Source: Raphidiopsis brookii D9
GTDB taxonomy: Bacteria > Cyanobacteriota > Cyanobacteriia > Cyanobacteriales > Nostocaceae
DNA: 32,000 bases
NCBI GenBank assembly: GCA_000175855.1
Contig: ACYB01000004.1
Location: 111,801 to 143,800, forward strand
Reading direction: 5' to 3'
Part shown: positions 1 to 9,444 of the stretch, in pieces
How positions within the stretch are numbered: the first letter of the stretch is position 1
Layout: every line of letters begins with the position of its first letter
Notes under the pieces: generated by a model
What the model was told of the DNA's origin: nothing
Seen by the model: the letters and a program-made list of their open reading frames with translations, nothing else
The model's database searches: none
Position numbers and translations under genes: made by a program

Positions 1-234
1 TTCATCGCCTTGTCCAATACCACAGGCTTGTAGTCCTAAATGAAGTGCAGCAGTTCCGTTAACCACACAGGCAACTTGTCTTCCTAAAAAAGCAGTTAAT
101 TCTTCTTCAAAGAGCTTAACTTCTTCCCCCATGCCCAAGAATTCACGGTCTAGAACTGACATAACTGCCTGCTTTTCAGCGTCACTCAGGCAAGACTTCG
201 AAAGTCTAATTAATGATGGCTTGGTTGATATCAT
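1..234 (-). CDS. DegT/DnrJ/EryC1/StrS-family PLP-dependent aminotransferase, N-terminal part (runs off the window edge)
   Basis: Not in the ORF track; translated from the minus strand: MISTKPSLIRLSKSCLSDAEKQAVMSVLDREFLGMGEEVKLFEEELTAFLGRQVACVVNGTAALHLGLQACGIGQGDE. The NGTAALHLGL motif and fold order are typical of the family. It starts just after the rfbF-like stop at 237. Confidence 0.85.
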   Translation of the reverse strand, partial: MISTKPSLIRLSKSCLSDAEKQAVMSVLDREFLGMGEEVKLFEEELTAFLGRQVACVVNGTAALHLGLQACGIGQGDE

Positions 235-236
235 CT

Positions 237-1019
237 CTATTCTTTTATCCAGGGAGGCTTACCACTTTTCCAAAGACTTTCCAGTAGATCCAAATCGCGT
301 TTTGTGTCCATACACTGCCAAAAACCGTCATGTTGATAGGCCATTAGTTCGCCCAAAGCGGTTGCTTTTTCTAAGGGTTCAGCTTCTAGCACTGTGTCAT
401 CACCAGCTATTAAATCAAAAAAACTAGGTTCGATTACAAAAAACCCCCCGTTGATCCACCCCTGGCGAAGTTGGGGTTTTTCCTCAAAAGAAATCACTTG
501 ACCGTCACAAATTTCCAGTTCCCCAAATCTGGCGGAGGGTCTCACCGCCGTAATTGTGACCATGCGACCATGATTATAATGGTAGGATAGGAGGTCATCT
601 AGGTTGATGTTTGCTAAACCATCACCATAAGTTAGAAAACAGGTTTCATTACCAATCAGGGATTGTAATCTTTTAACTCTCCCCCCTGTCATGCTTTTAA
701 GTCCAGTTTGTATTAACGTAACCTGCCAATCAATTTCTTTCTTCTTGACAGTTTGTACCTGTCCTGTGGCGAGGTCAATCGTAAAATCGGCATTGAGGGT
801 AGGGTAGTTGAGAAAATACTGTTTAATGACTTCTGCTTTGTAGCCACAAGCAATGTAAAAGTTTTTATGCCCGTAGTTATCAAATAGTTGCATGATATGT
901 AATAGAACAGGCAAACCGCCGACGGAAACCATGGGTTTAGGTATAATATCAGTATATTCAGCTAATCTAGTGCCAAAACCCCCGGCTAAAATAATAACTT
1001 TCAAGGTTTTAGACTCCAA
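237..1019 (-). CDS. rfbF: Glucose-1-phosphate cytidylyltransferase
   Basis: KVIILAGGFGTRLAEYTDIIPKPMVSVGG nucleotidyltransferase signature, FLTYGDGLANI and WINGGFFVIEP; adjacent to a CDP-glucose 4,6-dehydratase-like gene. Confidence 0.92.
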   Translation of the reverse strand: MESKTLKVIILAGGFGTRLAEYTDIIPKPMVSVGGLPVLLHIMQLFDNYGHKNFYIACGYKAEVIKQYFLNYPTLNADFTIDLATGQVQTVKKKEIDWQVTLIQTGLKSMTGGRVKRLQSLIGNETCFLTYGDGLANINLDDLLSYHYNHGRMVTITAVRPSARFGELEICDGQVISFEEKPQLRQGWINGGFFVIEPSFFDLIAGDDTVLEAEPLEKATALGELMAYQHDGFWQCMDTKRDLDLLESLWKSGKPPWIKE

Positions 1020-1447
1020 TCAAATGTGATAAAGTCGATATCAGCTCGGTCAGATTCCTTGGGGTCATGCTCTATGTCAGCAATATTGAGGACAAGATTG
1101 AGATTTTGACTCACCCCCTGAAAAGCCATCCAAATACCCGGGGGAATCGTCAGGCGACGATAATCTTGATCTTCGGGAGAAAGAATGAAAGATTCAACCC
1201 TTCCATAACTTGTTGATTCTGGACGATCATCATACAAAACAAACCGAATACACCCACAGGGAACAACCAGATTAAGGGTCATTTGGTTATGGCGTTTCCA
1301 AGGTTTAATTGTTCCATAGTGAATGGTTGAAAAATAAGCCTCACCAAATTTTACGTAACCTGGATCAGATGCTTTGATTCCATGCAAGACATCACCTGCA
1401 TCCGAAGGAATACGTCGAATAGGGGTTAGAATTACACCGTCTAACAT
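1001..1447 (-). CDS. dTDP-4-dehydrorhamnose 3,5-epimerase-like cupin protein (sugar 3,5-epimerase family)
   Basis: Within track ORF 1001..1540; the likely start is the internal Met MLDGVILTPIRRIPSDAGDVLHGIKASDP. Contains GEAYFSTIHYGTIKPWKRHNQMTLNLVVPCG...PPGIWMAFQG. Confidence 0.8.
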   Translation of the reverse strand: MLDGVILTPIRRIPSDAGDVLHGIKASDPGYVKFGEAYFSTIHYGTIKPWKRHNQMTLNLVVPCGCIRFVLYDDRPESTSYGRVESFILSPEDQDYRRLTIPPGIWMAFQGVSQNLNLVLNIADIEHDPKESDRADIDFITFDWSLKP

Positions 1448-2517
1448 ACTAAACTTCCTTTGATCCGTTCCTCGTAGTGGGCGATTTGTTCCTGGGTAAC
1501 TTGCCACGTGTTGTGGCCTGAATAGTGTTTCTGGTACCATTCCGTGGTTAAGGCAACCGTTTCATCAAAGTTGAGCGTCGGTTTCCAACCAAGACAATGC
1601 ATGGCTTTATCACAACAAAGTTTGAGTAGTCCAGCTTCATACGGAGAAGGTGAGTTAGAACAATCTATCCAGTCCCTGTTTTTCCAGTGCTGTCTCATTG
1701 CGTCTAGCAAATTCCCAACAGTATAGTTTTGGTCAGCAGCAGGTCCAAAGTTAAAGCTTTCACCGTTGAGAAGTGGATTATTTGGTAATTTTACGGCCAG
1801 AGTTAAATAACCGGATAGAGGCTCTAGAACGTGCTGCCAAGGACGGGTAGCATGGGGATTACGGATCAAGACAGGTTGATCAGATGACCAAGCTCTTATG
1901 GTATCTGGGATAATCCGATCGCCTGCCCAATCTCCACCCCCAATGACGTTTCCAGCTCTCCCTACTGCCACTTTTACGAGTGAGTCGTTAGAGCTAAAGT
2001 AAGATTCGGCATAGCTACGAATGACCAATTCAGCCGCTCCTTTAGAACCACTGTAGGGATCTTTACCTCCTAAACGATCGGTTTCTCGATAGCCCCACAC
2101 CTGTTCAACGTTGTCGTAACATTTATCACTGGTAACCAGAATAGCAGTACAGGCATGGGTGGAAAGTCTCAGGGACTCAAGAATATTGAGCGTCCCCACA
2201 ACATTAGTGGTAAATGTGGCGTGGGGTTCTCTATAAGAGAGCCTAACAAGGGGTTGAGCCGCAAGGTGAAAGATAAAATCTGGTTGATATTGTTGAATTA
2301 GTTGTTGGCAGGTTTCTAAGTCTTCAATATTTCCCCAGATGTGGGTAATGCGAGACTCAAGATTGGCAGATTCAAAGTGACTAGGCTGTGATGGAACGTC
2401 TTTAGATACTCCGATTACCTTAGCTCCATGACGGAGCAGCCAAGCAGTAAGCCAAGATCCTTTAAAGCCAGTGTTTCCCGTAATTAGGACAGACTTGTTG
2501 GTGAAAGCTTGTAACAT
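1441..2517 (-). CDS. rfbG: CDP-glucose 4,6-dehydratase
   Basis: SDR-type dehydratase: NKSVLITGNTGFKGSWLTAWLLRHGAKVIG, YRETDRLGGKDPYSGSKGAAELV, RAGNVIGGGDWAGDRIIPD. Confidence 0.92.
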   Translation of the reverse strand: MLQAFTNKSVLITGNTGFKGSWLTAWLLRHGAKVIGVSKDVPSQPSHFESANLESRITHIWGNIEDLETCQQLIQQYQPDFIFHLAAQPLVRLSYREPHATFTTNVVGTLNILESLRLSTHACTAILVTSDKCYDNVEQVWGYRETDRLGGKDPYSGSKGAAELVIRSYAESYFSSNDSLVKVAVGRAGNVIGGGDWAGDRIIPDTIRAWSSDQPVLIRNPHATRPWQHVLEPLSGYLTLAVKLPNNPLLNGESFNFGPAADQNYTVGNLLDAMRQHWKNRDWIDCSNSPSPYEAGLLKLCCDKAMHCLGWKPTLNFDETVALTTEWYQKHYSGHNTWQVTQEQIAHYEERIKGSLVC

Positions 2518-2540
2518 ACAGGTTTAAAAGTAAATGGCAT

Positions 2541-3425
2541 TTATGTTTTACGAGCTACTGCTAAAATATACCTTCCACCATCAGGAACCTCAGAAGCTAA
2601 GTTTAGTTCCAACTTCATCAGAGCTTCTCTTTCTGAATCGTCCAACAAAGAAGGTTGAACAATGCCATCATGGGGGTCATGCCCCTTCATGCCTGATAAA
2701 ACCCCAATTCCTACAAGATCAAGTAAAACCAGGCCGAACTTCGATAAAATCTCACGAATTTCTGTTGAAGTTTGCCAAGTAAACTCTACTGGAGACCCTA
2801 CACCAATCCTACCTTGGGTCTGAGTTATTAGCATGTCAACATTATCCCAGAATCGGTGGCGGGCAATTGTTAAAGCATAGAAATACTTCGTCTTAAAAGA
2901 CATTACTACGACTCCTCCAGGCTTGAGCACTTCCACAATTTTAGGTAAATCAAGCTTCCATTTTGGATAAAAAAAGGTAACCTCAGTCATGAAAACTATG
3001 TCACAAGTACCAGCCTTAAGTGATTTTAAACATTCTGAAATGCTTTGGACTCTATAATCAATGTTGGTAACTAATGCCTCACTGGCATACTTTTTTGCAG
3101 TAGAAATTGCGGTAGCTGAAAAATCGCAGGCAATTACTTGAGTATTAGGAAAAAGACGCGCCAATGGCAGGGTAAAACGACCTTGAGAACAGCCCAACTC
3201 CAGGACCTGATTAGGTTCTAACAGTTTCTCTATGTGTGGGAGTATAAATTTCCAATACTGCTGGAAATAATATGGTTCGTCCGGTGCAGTAACCATATCA
3301 TATTGTGTTGATTTTTGGACTAATTTAGATTGAATGTCTTCAGGTTCAAAATCCTTAGCTAGGTTAAATACGATTCTCGATAGTTTGCCGAAAATCCGAC
3401 CTATCAGTAGAAGAACGTAGTACAT
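2541..3425 (-). CDS. Class I SAM-dependent methyltransferase
   Basis: Motif I-like VLELGCSQGRFTLPLARLFP, then VIACDFSATAI and PGGVVVMSFKTKYFYAL. Confidence 0.8.
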   Translation of the reverse strand: MYYVLLLIGRIFGKLSRIVFNLAKDFEPEDIQSKLVQKSTQYDMVTAPDEPYYFQQYWKFILPHIEKLLEPNQVLELGCSQGRFTLPLARLFPNTQVIACDFSATAISTAKKYASEALVTNIDYRVQSISECLKSLKAGTCDIVFMTEVTFFYPKWKLDLPKIVEVLKPGGVVVMSFKTKYFYALTIARHRFWDNVDMLITQTQGRIGVGSPVEFTWQTSTEIREILSKFGLVLLDLVGIGVLSGMKGHDPHDGIVQPSLLDDSEREALMKLELNLASEVPDGGRYILAVARKT

Positions 3426-3459
3426 AAATTATTTAGTAATTTGGCTATACTAGGCTATT

Positions 3460-5280
3460 CTATAAGAAAACCGACAGGGTTTGATCGGATGTTTGATTTA
3501 ATCCTGCCAGGAATTTCTGGCGAATTTTTCGAAATTCATCGTCATACCACTGGGTATCAGTCAGAAAAACCTCTTCTAAACGCTGACAGAGGTTTTTAGG
3601 GGAGACCGACCTTAGTATAGGAAATTCATTTTCTAGGAAATCTCCATAATTCCAGGACGAGGTTAGTTCGCGTCCCAAAGATATGGCTACGCGGCCTGAC
3701 AGTAAGACATCAATAATAGATGCAGTGGACATTACTAAACAGCAGCGGGAAATTTTTAATAAATCTGTCATTTCACCTTCACACCATTGCCAGTCCTGGG
3801 GTAAATCAGTCCATCCCATGTGAGACAGAAGGATGTTGATTTCTCTGCGGGACATCATGGGATGAGGCTTGAGAATCACAGAAGATTTAAGATAATTACG
3901 AACCCAATCGAAATGAGCATATATTCCATCTAGCATCTCCACTGCGCCCTGCAGATCTAAGGGTAAGGGAATACCCAGACAGTTACCACTGTTTTCAGTT
4001 GCAGTTTGGACAAAGTTCTGTCTTAAACCTGGTCCTGACAAAAGTTTTTTTTCATCAAGTCCCCGGGAAATCAAGACTGAATGACCCAAACCACCATTTG
4101 TAACAATTATATCGGGGAAAAACTTCGACTCTGACTCGCCCAAAGGAATGTGATATCCCAAAAAATCTGAAGCTACCAGACTATGATAATAACCTATGGA
4201 CTTGCTTTTGTTTCCGAGTACAAATCTACAAAAATAGGGTTGAACCCGCTCTGGTTGCATTGATTCAAAATGGGTAATTGAAACCAGTTTTGTCAGATTA
4301 TTTCCCCATCGCCGTAAAGCCGGAAGATACAAAAGAAAACGGGAAACAGAAATCCCGGTGGTTAACTGTCGAAAACGTTCCCTGATGAGTAAGAACTCCA
4401 GATGAAAATTATCTTTATATGGAATAGATTTGCGGATAGTTGAAACTGTTTTAATTCCATCGTAGAAAGCCCTCACGTAATCACGCCATGTTAGCCAATC
4501 TTCTGGAAGAAAACAGGAAGAATCACGGAGTTTTTGATACACCTCTTCTAGTGGTAGGGAAACATTGTAAAGCCAAGGTAGACGATAAACTTGCTTACCC
4601 TGCTTTTCTAGCCATTCTGGTAAAACAGTAAAGTATCTACAGGCAAGCGGCCCATCTTTGTTGAAAGCTTTATCATCCAGACATTGGTTGATTAGATATA
4701 CTTCGCCTTGGGGAGGTTGTAAATTAAAAGGGCGAGAAATTTGAGCAGCCCTATGGTGTTTCCAGAACTGAAGAATTTGCCGGGCAAAATTCACACAGGC
4801 CCTGAGGATGAGATAACTAGTCTCGAATGCCATAGTGATCTGCCATCCAATCTGGCAGCGAAGTTGAACAGTCGATTCTAGATTTGTCTTAGCTGCTGCG
4901 AGGACATAGCTATTTTCACAAACAACTAAAATCTCGTCTGGATAGGAGGCGTTTGTGGTAATCCATGACTTAAGAGCTGAAATGTGGATAACATCATCAA
5001 AAAACCGACAGGACACGTTGTTACGCCCCGCTAAGTCGGTCATCCACCAGTGTATAGAGTCGTTATTAGCCTCCCGTTGACGACGAATCCAGTCAAGAAT
5101 TAATGGACGTTGCCTGATAGACTCGATTTGAATAAATTCCTTCAGGGAAATGCGATTGCCAACCAATTGCTTTTCCCAAGTTTTCATCCTAAGGTAATCT
5201 CGTCCGATGTAAATCCAAGGTCCCTTCCAAGATTTGGAATTAAGGTTTAGAAAATGAGTATGAGTTAGAAAAATACACAT
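3460..5280 (-). CDS. Putative surface-polysaccharide glycosyltransferase-like protein (GT-B-like C-terminal half)
   Basis: About 606 aa (an internal Met near 5187 is an alternative start). C-terminal SSVILKPHPMMSR...LLKISRCCLVMSTASIIDVLLSGR resembles capsule/polysialyltransferase-like GT-B proteins; genomic context supports this. Confidence 0.5.
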   Translation of the reverse strand: MCIFLTHTHFLNLNSKSWKGPWIYIGRDYLRMKTWEKQLVGNRISLKEFIQIESIRQRPLILDWIRRQREANNDSIHWWMTDLAGRNNVSCRFFDDVIHISALKSWITTNASYPDEILVVCENSYVLAAAKTNLESTVQLRCQIGWQITMAFETSYLILRACVNFARQILQFWKHHRAAQISRPFNLQPPQGEVYLINQCLDDKAFNKDGPLACRYFTVLPEWLEKQGKQVYRLPWLYNVSLPLEEVYQKLRDSSCFLPEDWLTWRDYVRAFYDGIKTVSTIRKSIPYKDNFHLEFLLIRERFRQLTTGISVSRFLLYLPALRRWGNNLTKLVSITHFESMQPERVQPYFCRFVLGNKSKSIGYYHSLVASDFLGYHIPLGESESKFFPDIIVTNGGLGHSVLISRGLDEKKLLSGPGLRQNFVQTATENSGNCLGIPLPLDLQGAVEMLDGIYAHFDWVRNYLKSSVILKPHPMMSRREINILLSHMGWTDLPQDWQWCEGEMTDLLKISRCCLVMSTASIIDVLLSGRVAISLGRELTSSWNYGDFLENEFPILRSVSPKNLCQRLEEVFLTDTQWYDDEFRKIRQKFLAGLNQTSDQTLSVFL

Positions 5281-5399
5281 ATTTCCATAAAGATATGGTA
5301 GCTACTTAGGCTTTAGGCGAGATTGGCCATTCCAAGAAACGAGATGAATGAGGGCATCGAAGATATTGATCTCCCGCTTACTAAAGACCAACACCGACC

Positions 5400-6308
5400 T
5401 CAGGAAACAATTGCAATTAGATAATCACACCAACCACTACGCTTTAAATCCTCAGCATAAGCCCTCTCAGTTTCTTGGGAAAATATATGTGAATACTTCC
5501 TAAAACCACCAGGCTTTCCAGTCATAAGCCAATGAATGTGATTAGACAAGTCATATCGCTGCCCAGGAAATATTTCAAATGGACGGTCCAGCCCAGCAAG
5601 AACGTATTTCAGCGATTCTGGTGTGAAATACCAATGATGTGCCCGCCACCAATAAAACTTCTCAAACTCCGGAACTTTGTAAAACGAAATAAGAGGGTCA
5701 TTGCCATTGGGAACCTCAAACATCATTTTACCGCCTGGCTTTAAAAACGGTAAAAGCGACTTTAAAAATGAAAGTGGATCAGTGACATGTTCCAAAACAT
5801 AATAGTGCAACAGAATATCAAAATAACCAGTATGATCTCTGTTCAGTGCATCCATACTAGCCACGGTTTTTACACCTTTACTATTGGCAAAGTCACGATA
5901 CTGATGACTTAACTCCACACCGATCACCTCACAACCACTATCTTGTAGTGGTTTCAACATGAACCCAGATGACGAACCAATTTCTAAAACTCTCGAACCT
6001 GCTGGACATAGTTTGTCAAGCCAGGGTTTGCGCAACGGCATTTCTCGGGATGACAACGACTTAAATTGACTTTCTGGATCGCTCCAACTTTCGTCTCCGG
6101 AACGCTTAGCCATCCATTTATCAAACTCATTTTCGTAGAAAGCCTTGTCGTCTTCTCTAGAAGTAACGGGATAAAGATAAATAGCATTACAATCGTTACA
6201 CTGCCAGAAAGCTTGCTCGGAAACACCACCATAAACATCAGTTGAGCGAATCCTTTGATGGGGCTTACTTGAGTTGCATAGTGGGCATACTTGAGGTTCT
6301 AACTTCAT
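5400..6308 (-). CDS. SAM-dependent methyltransferase with N-terminal zinc-ribbon
   Basis: CPLCNSS...WQCNDCNAIYLYP Cys4 motif, then RVLEIGSSSGFMLKPLQDSGCEVIGVELS and PGGKMMFEVPN. Confidence 0.85.
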   Translation of the reverse strand: MKLEPQVCPLCNSSKPHQRIRSTDVYGGVSEQAFWQCNDCNAIYLYPVTSREDDKAFYENEFDKWMAKRSGDESWSDPESQFKSLSSREMPLRKPWLDKLCPAGSRVLEIGSSSGFMLKPLQDSGCEVIGVELSHQYRDFANSKGVKTVASMDALNRDHTGYFDILLHYYVLEHVTDPLSFLKSLLPFLKPGGKMMFEVPNGNDPLISFYKVPEFEKFYWWRAHHWYFTPESLKYVLAGLDRPFEIFPGQRYDLSNHIHWLMTGKPGGFRKYSHIFSQETERAYAEDLKRSGWCDYLIAIVS

Positions 6309-6507
6309 AATTATCGTCCTAATTGGCTAAACATTCACATTTCAGCAGCAAAATAGCAACACCCACTGGGATCTTCGAAAAATACAAATCTTATTAGGAA
6401 TGAGAATTAGATCTAAATTGTTTGATCCAAATTGTTTTGGGATTCAGGATTCGAAATAAGGTAACTAACCAAGGCGAGCTATTGCCCTAACAATTTTACA
6501 TATCAAT

Positions 6508-7458
6508 TTAGAGATTTGGTAGCATCTCTGAAGGAAGTGTTCTAACCCAATCAGCCATGACTTTTAAACCCGATTTTAAATCGGTTCTGGGAACCCAGTC
6601 TAAATCACCAACCAAGCTCGAATTATCCCCATAAATGCCAAATTGATCCTTTGGCGTTCCATCCCCAAAGGTAATTGGATATTCATCGGCTTTTTTCCCA
6701 AAAGCGTCTAAAATATAATCGATTAACTCCCATACATACGTCTTTGTTCCAGTTGACACGTTGTATATCTTTCCAGATGCTCTATTATCTAACGACTTCA
6801 CAAAAGCATCTACGACATCATCGACATAAATAAAATCACGAAATCTATCTTTGGAGCCTTTGACATGGATGGGAACATTCTTTGCAACGTAACTCATAAA
6901 TATGCTTACCATGCCCTGCTTCATATTCTTCATGTCTTGAAGAGGACCGTACACATTGAACAAGCGAAGGCATGTAGTATGAATCCCAAATCCCTGATAA
7001 ATCTTACATAGATATTCAGATGCCACTTTACCAACCGAATAAGGGGATGGCGGTTTTATTTCGGAATCTTCACTCACGGGGAGATTCAAAGGATCCCCAT
7101 AGATATTCATTGTGCTAGCAAATATAAACCTTGGGACTCTCTTAGCTAACGCCCACTTGAGTAAAAAAATTGTTGACAGTGCATTGGCCTTGAGGTCATA
7201 TGTCGGATTTTCGAAAGACAACTCTTGACCAACATGTGATGCCAAGTGAAATATCGCATCAACTCCGTTATCCGGGAGAAGAGAAAATGAATCCTCAGTC
7301 GTCAAGTCCATCCAGATAAAGTGAGCTCCTCCAGGTATGTTTCGCTCATGACCGGATGAGAGATTGTCAACCACTATTACATCCCACCCGTCATCAATGA
7401 GCCGCACTACAAGATGGGATCCAATGAAACCGGCTCCCCCAGTAACTATTGCCTTCAT
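6508..7458 (-). CDS. NAD-dependent epimerase/dehydratase (extended SDR, UDP-sugar epimerase-like)
   Basis: MKAIVTGGAGFIGSHLVVRLIDDGWDVIVVDNLSSG, YSVGKVASEYLCKIY, RDFIYVDDVVDAF. Confidence 0.9.
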   Translation of the reverse strand: MKAIVTGGAGFIGSHLVVRLIDDGWDVIVVDNLSSGHERNIPGGAHFIWMDLTTEDSFSLLPDNGVDAIFHLASHVGQELSFENPTYDLKANALSTIFLLKWALAKRVPRFIFASTMNIYGDPLNLPVSEDSEIKPPSPYSVGKVASEYLCKIYQGFGIHTTCLRLFNVYGPLQDMKNMKQGMVSIFMSYVAKNVPIHVKGSKDRFRDFIYVDDVVDAFVKSLDNRASGKIYNVSTGTKTYVWELIDYILDAFGKKADEYPITFGDGTPKDQFGIYGDNSSLVGDLDWVPRTDLKSGLKVMADWVRTLPSEMLPNL

Positions 7459-8312
7459 TTTTCCTCCTTCTGTCGTAAGCGTGATTTAACTTCCCACACC
7501 CCGAATCTGGTTTCCAATTGTTGCACTTGCTCCATACCTAGTGAGCTTCGAACCTTTAGCTCATTATTAAAATATGCAATAGACACGTCATCTTGACAGA
7601 TTTTTTGATAATCTCCAGCAAGGGATTTTACCTTGCCCCATCTTTTTTTTAGGAAGTTCTCAGCTTCAATCGAATGTGATTGGCATACATTTCCCTCAAT
7701 AGAGTTGATTGCTTTAAGTCCAAGTTTTTTCCTAGTCAGGTTTATATATGCGGTGTCCGTATGGAGAAATGTATAGTATGCATCGTCAACCGCGACTACA
7801 CTACCATCTTTTAAAAAGGGATCGACCAGATTGAGCTCACCTTCCACATTTTCCCATACATGCTCACTGTCATGCATAGTAAAGTGTACAGTGTCTGTCC
7901 ACTCGGAAGTAATACCAATGCCTAAGTATGGAGATCGACTGTTGTAGCCAATAAGTTTCCAGACAGAATTAATATTGGCACTAAATAGAGTACAAATAGT
8001 TTCAACGCAGGCAGTACGAATTTCTGAACCTTTTTTCGAGTTAAAGTCCCATGTTAAAGCTAACCCATGGTGCTTGATTGCATAGAAAACTATCGCAATC
8101 GAGCTAGCACCAACACCTGTCTCAATCAAACATAGTTTTTCACCTGTTATGGTTGCACGATTACCCAAGTCATGAATTATGGTACAAATTGTAGCGAACT
8201 CAGAATCTGGAATTGAATTTATCCATCGCGGTAACAGCCGTTTTACAGAAATCAGATAATTAATCTCTTCATCTAAGTTTTTAGGACATGATCCTAGGAA
8301 AAAATCGTACAT
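7455..8312 (-). CDS. Putative class I methyltransferase (Methyltransf_24-like)
   Basis: LIETGVGASSIAIVFYAIKHHGLALTWDFNSKKG...FLKDGSVVAVDDAYY; ATGA-type overlap with the downstream epimerase. Confidence 0.6.
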   Translation of the reverse strand: MYDFFLGSCPKNLDEEINYLISVKRLLPRWINSIPDSEFATICTIIHDLGNRATITGEKLCLIETGVGASSIAIVFYAIKHHGLALTWDFNSKKGSEIRTACVETICTLFSANINSVWKLIGYNSRSPYLGIGITSEWTDTVHFTMHDSEHVWENVEGELNLVDPFLKDGSVVAVDDAYYTFLHTDTAYINLTRKKLGLKAINSIEGNVCQSHSIEAENFLKKRWGKVKSLAGDYQKICQDDVSIAYFNNELKVRSSLGMEQVQQLETRFGVWEVKSRLRQKEEK

Positions 8313-8475
8313 AGTAGTGACCTACATGAATGGTTATTTTAAGGGTAGCAGCGATAAAAAACTGACCTTGTTCAACAATGGGATGATTTAACCAAATTTT
8401 CAACGACTTTTAAATGGTTTCGCATCTCACTTCATCTTGCAAATATGCAACGCTAAAAAACTAGCCAGTTTAAAC

Positions 8476-9444
8476 CTAAAAGATTTCGGTATAATTTCGA
8501 GCCGGCTTCGCTGAGTCGAGTCCAATTATTGCGGCACGTCCCATTGCTAAAACAGCCTCCCCGGTGCTTCCCCCAATGTGTCCAGTGGCAATCAAATTAG
8601 GTAAATTGAGAAGTTCCAAATCCAGTGGTGGCTCTTCATTAAATACGTCTAATGCGGCTCCCGCCAAGTAGCCATCTTTCAAAAGCTGCTTGAGACCAGA
8701 CTCGTCTACAATCCCACCACGAGCAAAGTTAATGAGACATGCTCCTTTTTTCATTAGTTTTAACCGCTCAAGACTAAACATCTTGCGAGTGGAGATATCC
8801 AGGGGGAGATGAATGGTTACCACATCTGCATCAGAAAGAAGGTCTTCTAACGATACTGGAACAATGTCTTTGGCTATATAGAACTCTGCATAGTTCTTGA
8901 TATCGTGTGCGAGAATACGACAACCAAACCCACTTAACAAAATGGCAACCTCTTTACCAATGTGACCGCAACCGACTATGCCAACTGTCTTTCCAGTTAG
9001 TTGACGACCTTGTAATTGCCGCCATTGACCTGCTCGTACTTCCGCATGACTTTCGGAAGTTCGATGCAATAAGGAAATCGCAGCGGCAATAACCATTTCC
9101 GCCACAGAGCGCCTGTTTACCCCACCTTTCCAACCTAATTGGACTCCGTGACGATCCATAGCTTCAAGATCAATCGTGTCTAGTCCGACTCCATACTTGC
9201 TGATAACTTTCAATTGAGGTAGCTGTGCTAAAAGATTTTCGTCAATTTTCTCAAGCGCAGTGATGGCTTTGTCGTGACCTTGTAGAAACTCTACAAGGTC
9301 ATTTCCTGCCAATACTTGGCCAGATTCGTTAAATGTTACTTGTGCGTAACTGGCAAGAAGTTCTTGACGTAGATCGAAATGACGCGAAAACGAACGGGAT
9401 GTAACGGCAACTCGGCTAGTTGTATTAAGTACTTTATTAGCCAT
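8476..9444 (-). CDS. D-isomer-specific 2-hydroxyacid dehydrogenase (SerA/phosphoglycerate dehydrogenase-like)
   Basis: GKTVGIVGCGHIGKEVAILLSGFGCRILAHD, ACLINFARGGIVDESGLKQLL, ALDVFNEEPP, ATGHIGGSTGEAV. Confidence 0.9.
   Translation of the reverse strand: MANKVLNTTSRVAVTSRSFSRHFDLRQELLASYAQVTFNESGQVLAGNDLVEFLQGHDKAITALEKIDENLLAQLPQLKVISKYGVGLDTIDLEAMDRHGVQLGWKGGVNRRSVAEMVIAAAISLLHRTSESHAEVRAGQWRQLQGRQLTGKTVGIVGCGHIGKEVAILLSGFGCRILAHDIKNYAEFYIAKDIVPVSLEDLLSDADVVTIHLPLDISTRKMFSLERLKLMKKGACLINFARGGIVDESGLKQLLKDGYLAGAALDVFNEEPPLDLELLNLPNLIATGHIGGSTGEAVLAMGRAAIIGLDSAKPARNYTEIF

Noticed and set aside
131-427. Plus-strand ORF of 98 aa in the track
   Set aside because: It lies antisense to rfbF and the truncated DegT aminotransferase, has no recognisable motifs, and is best explained as a shadow ORF.
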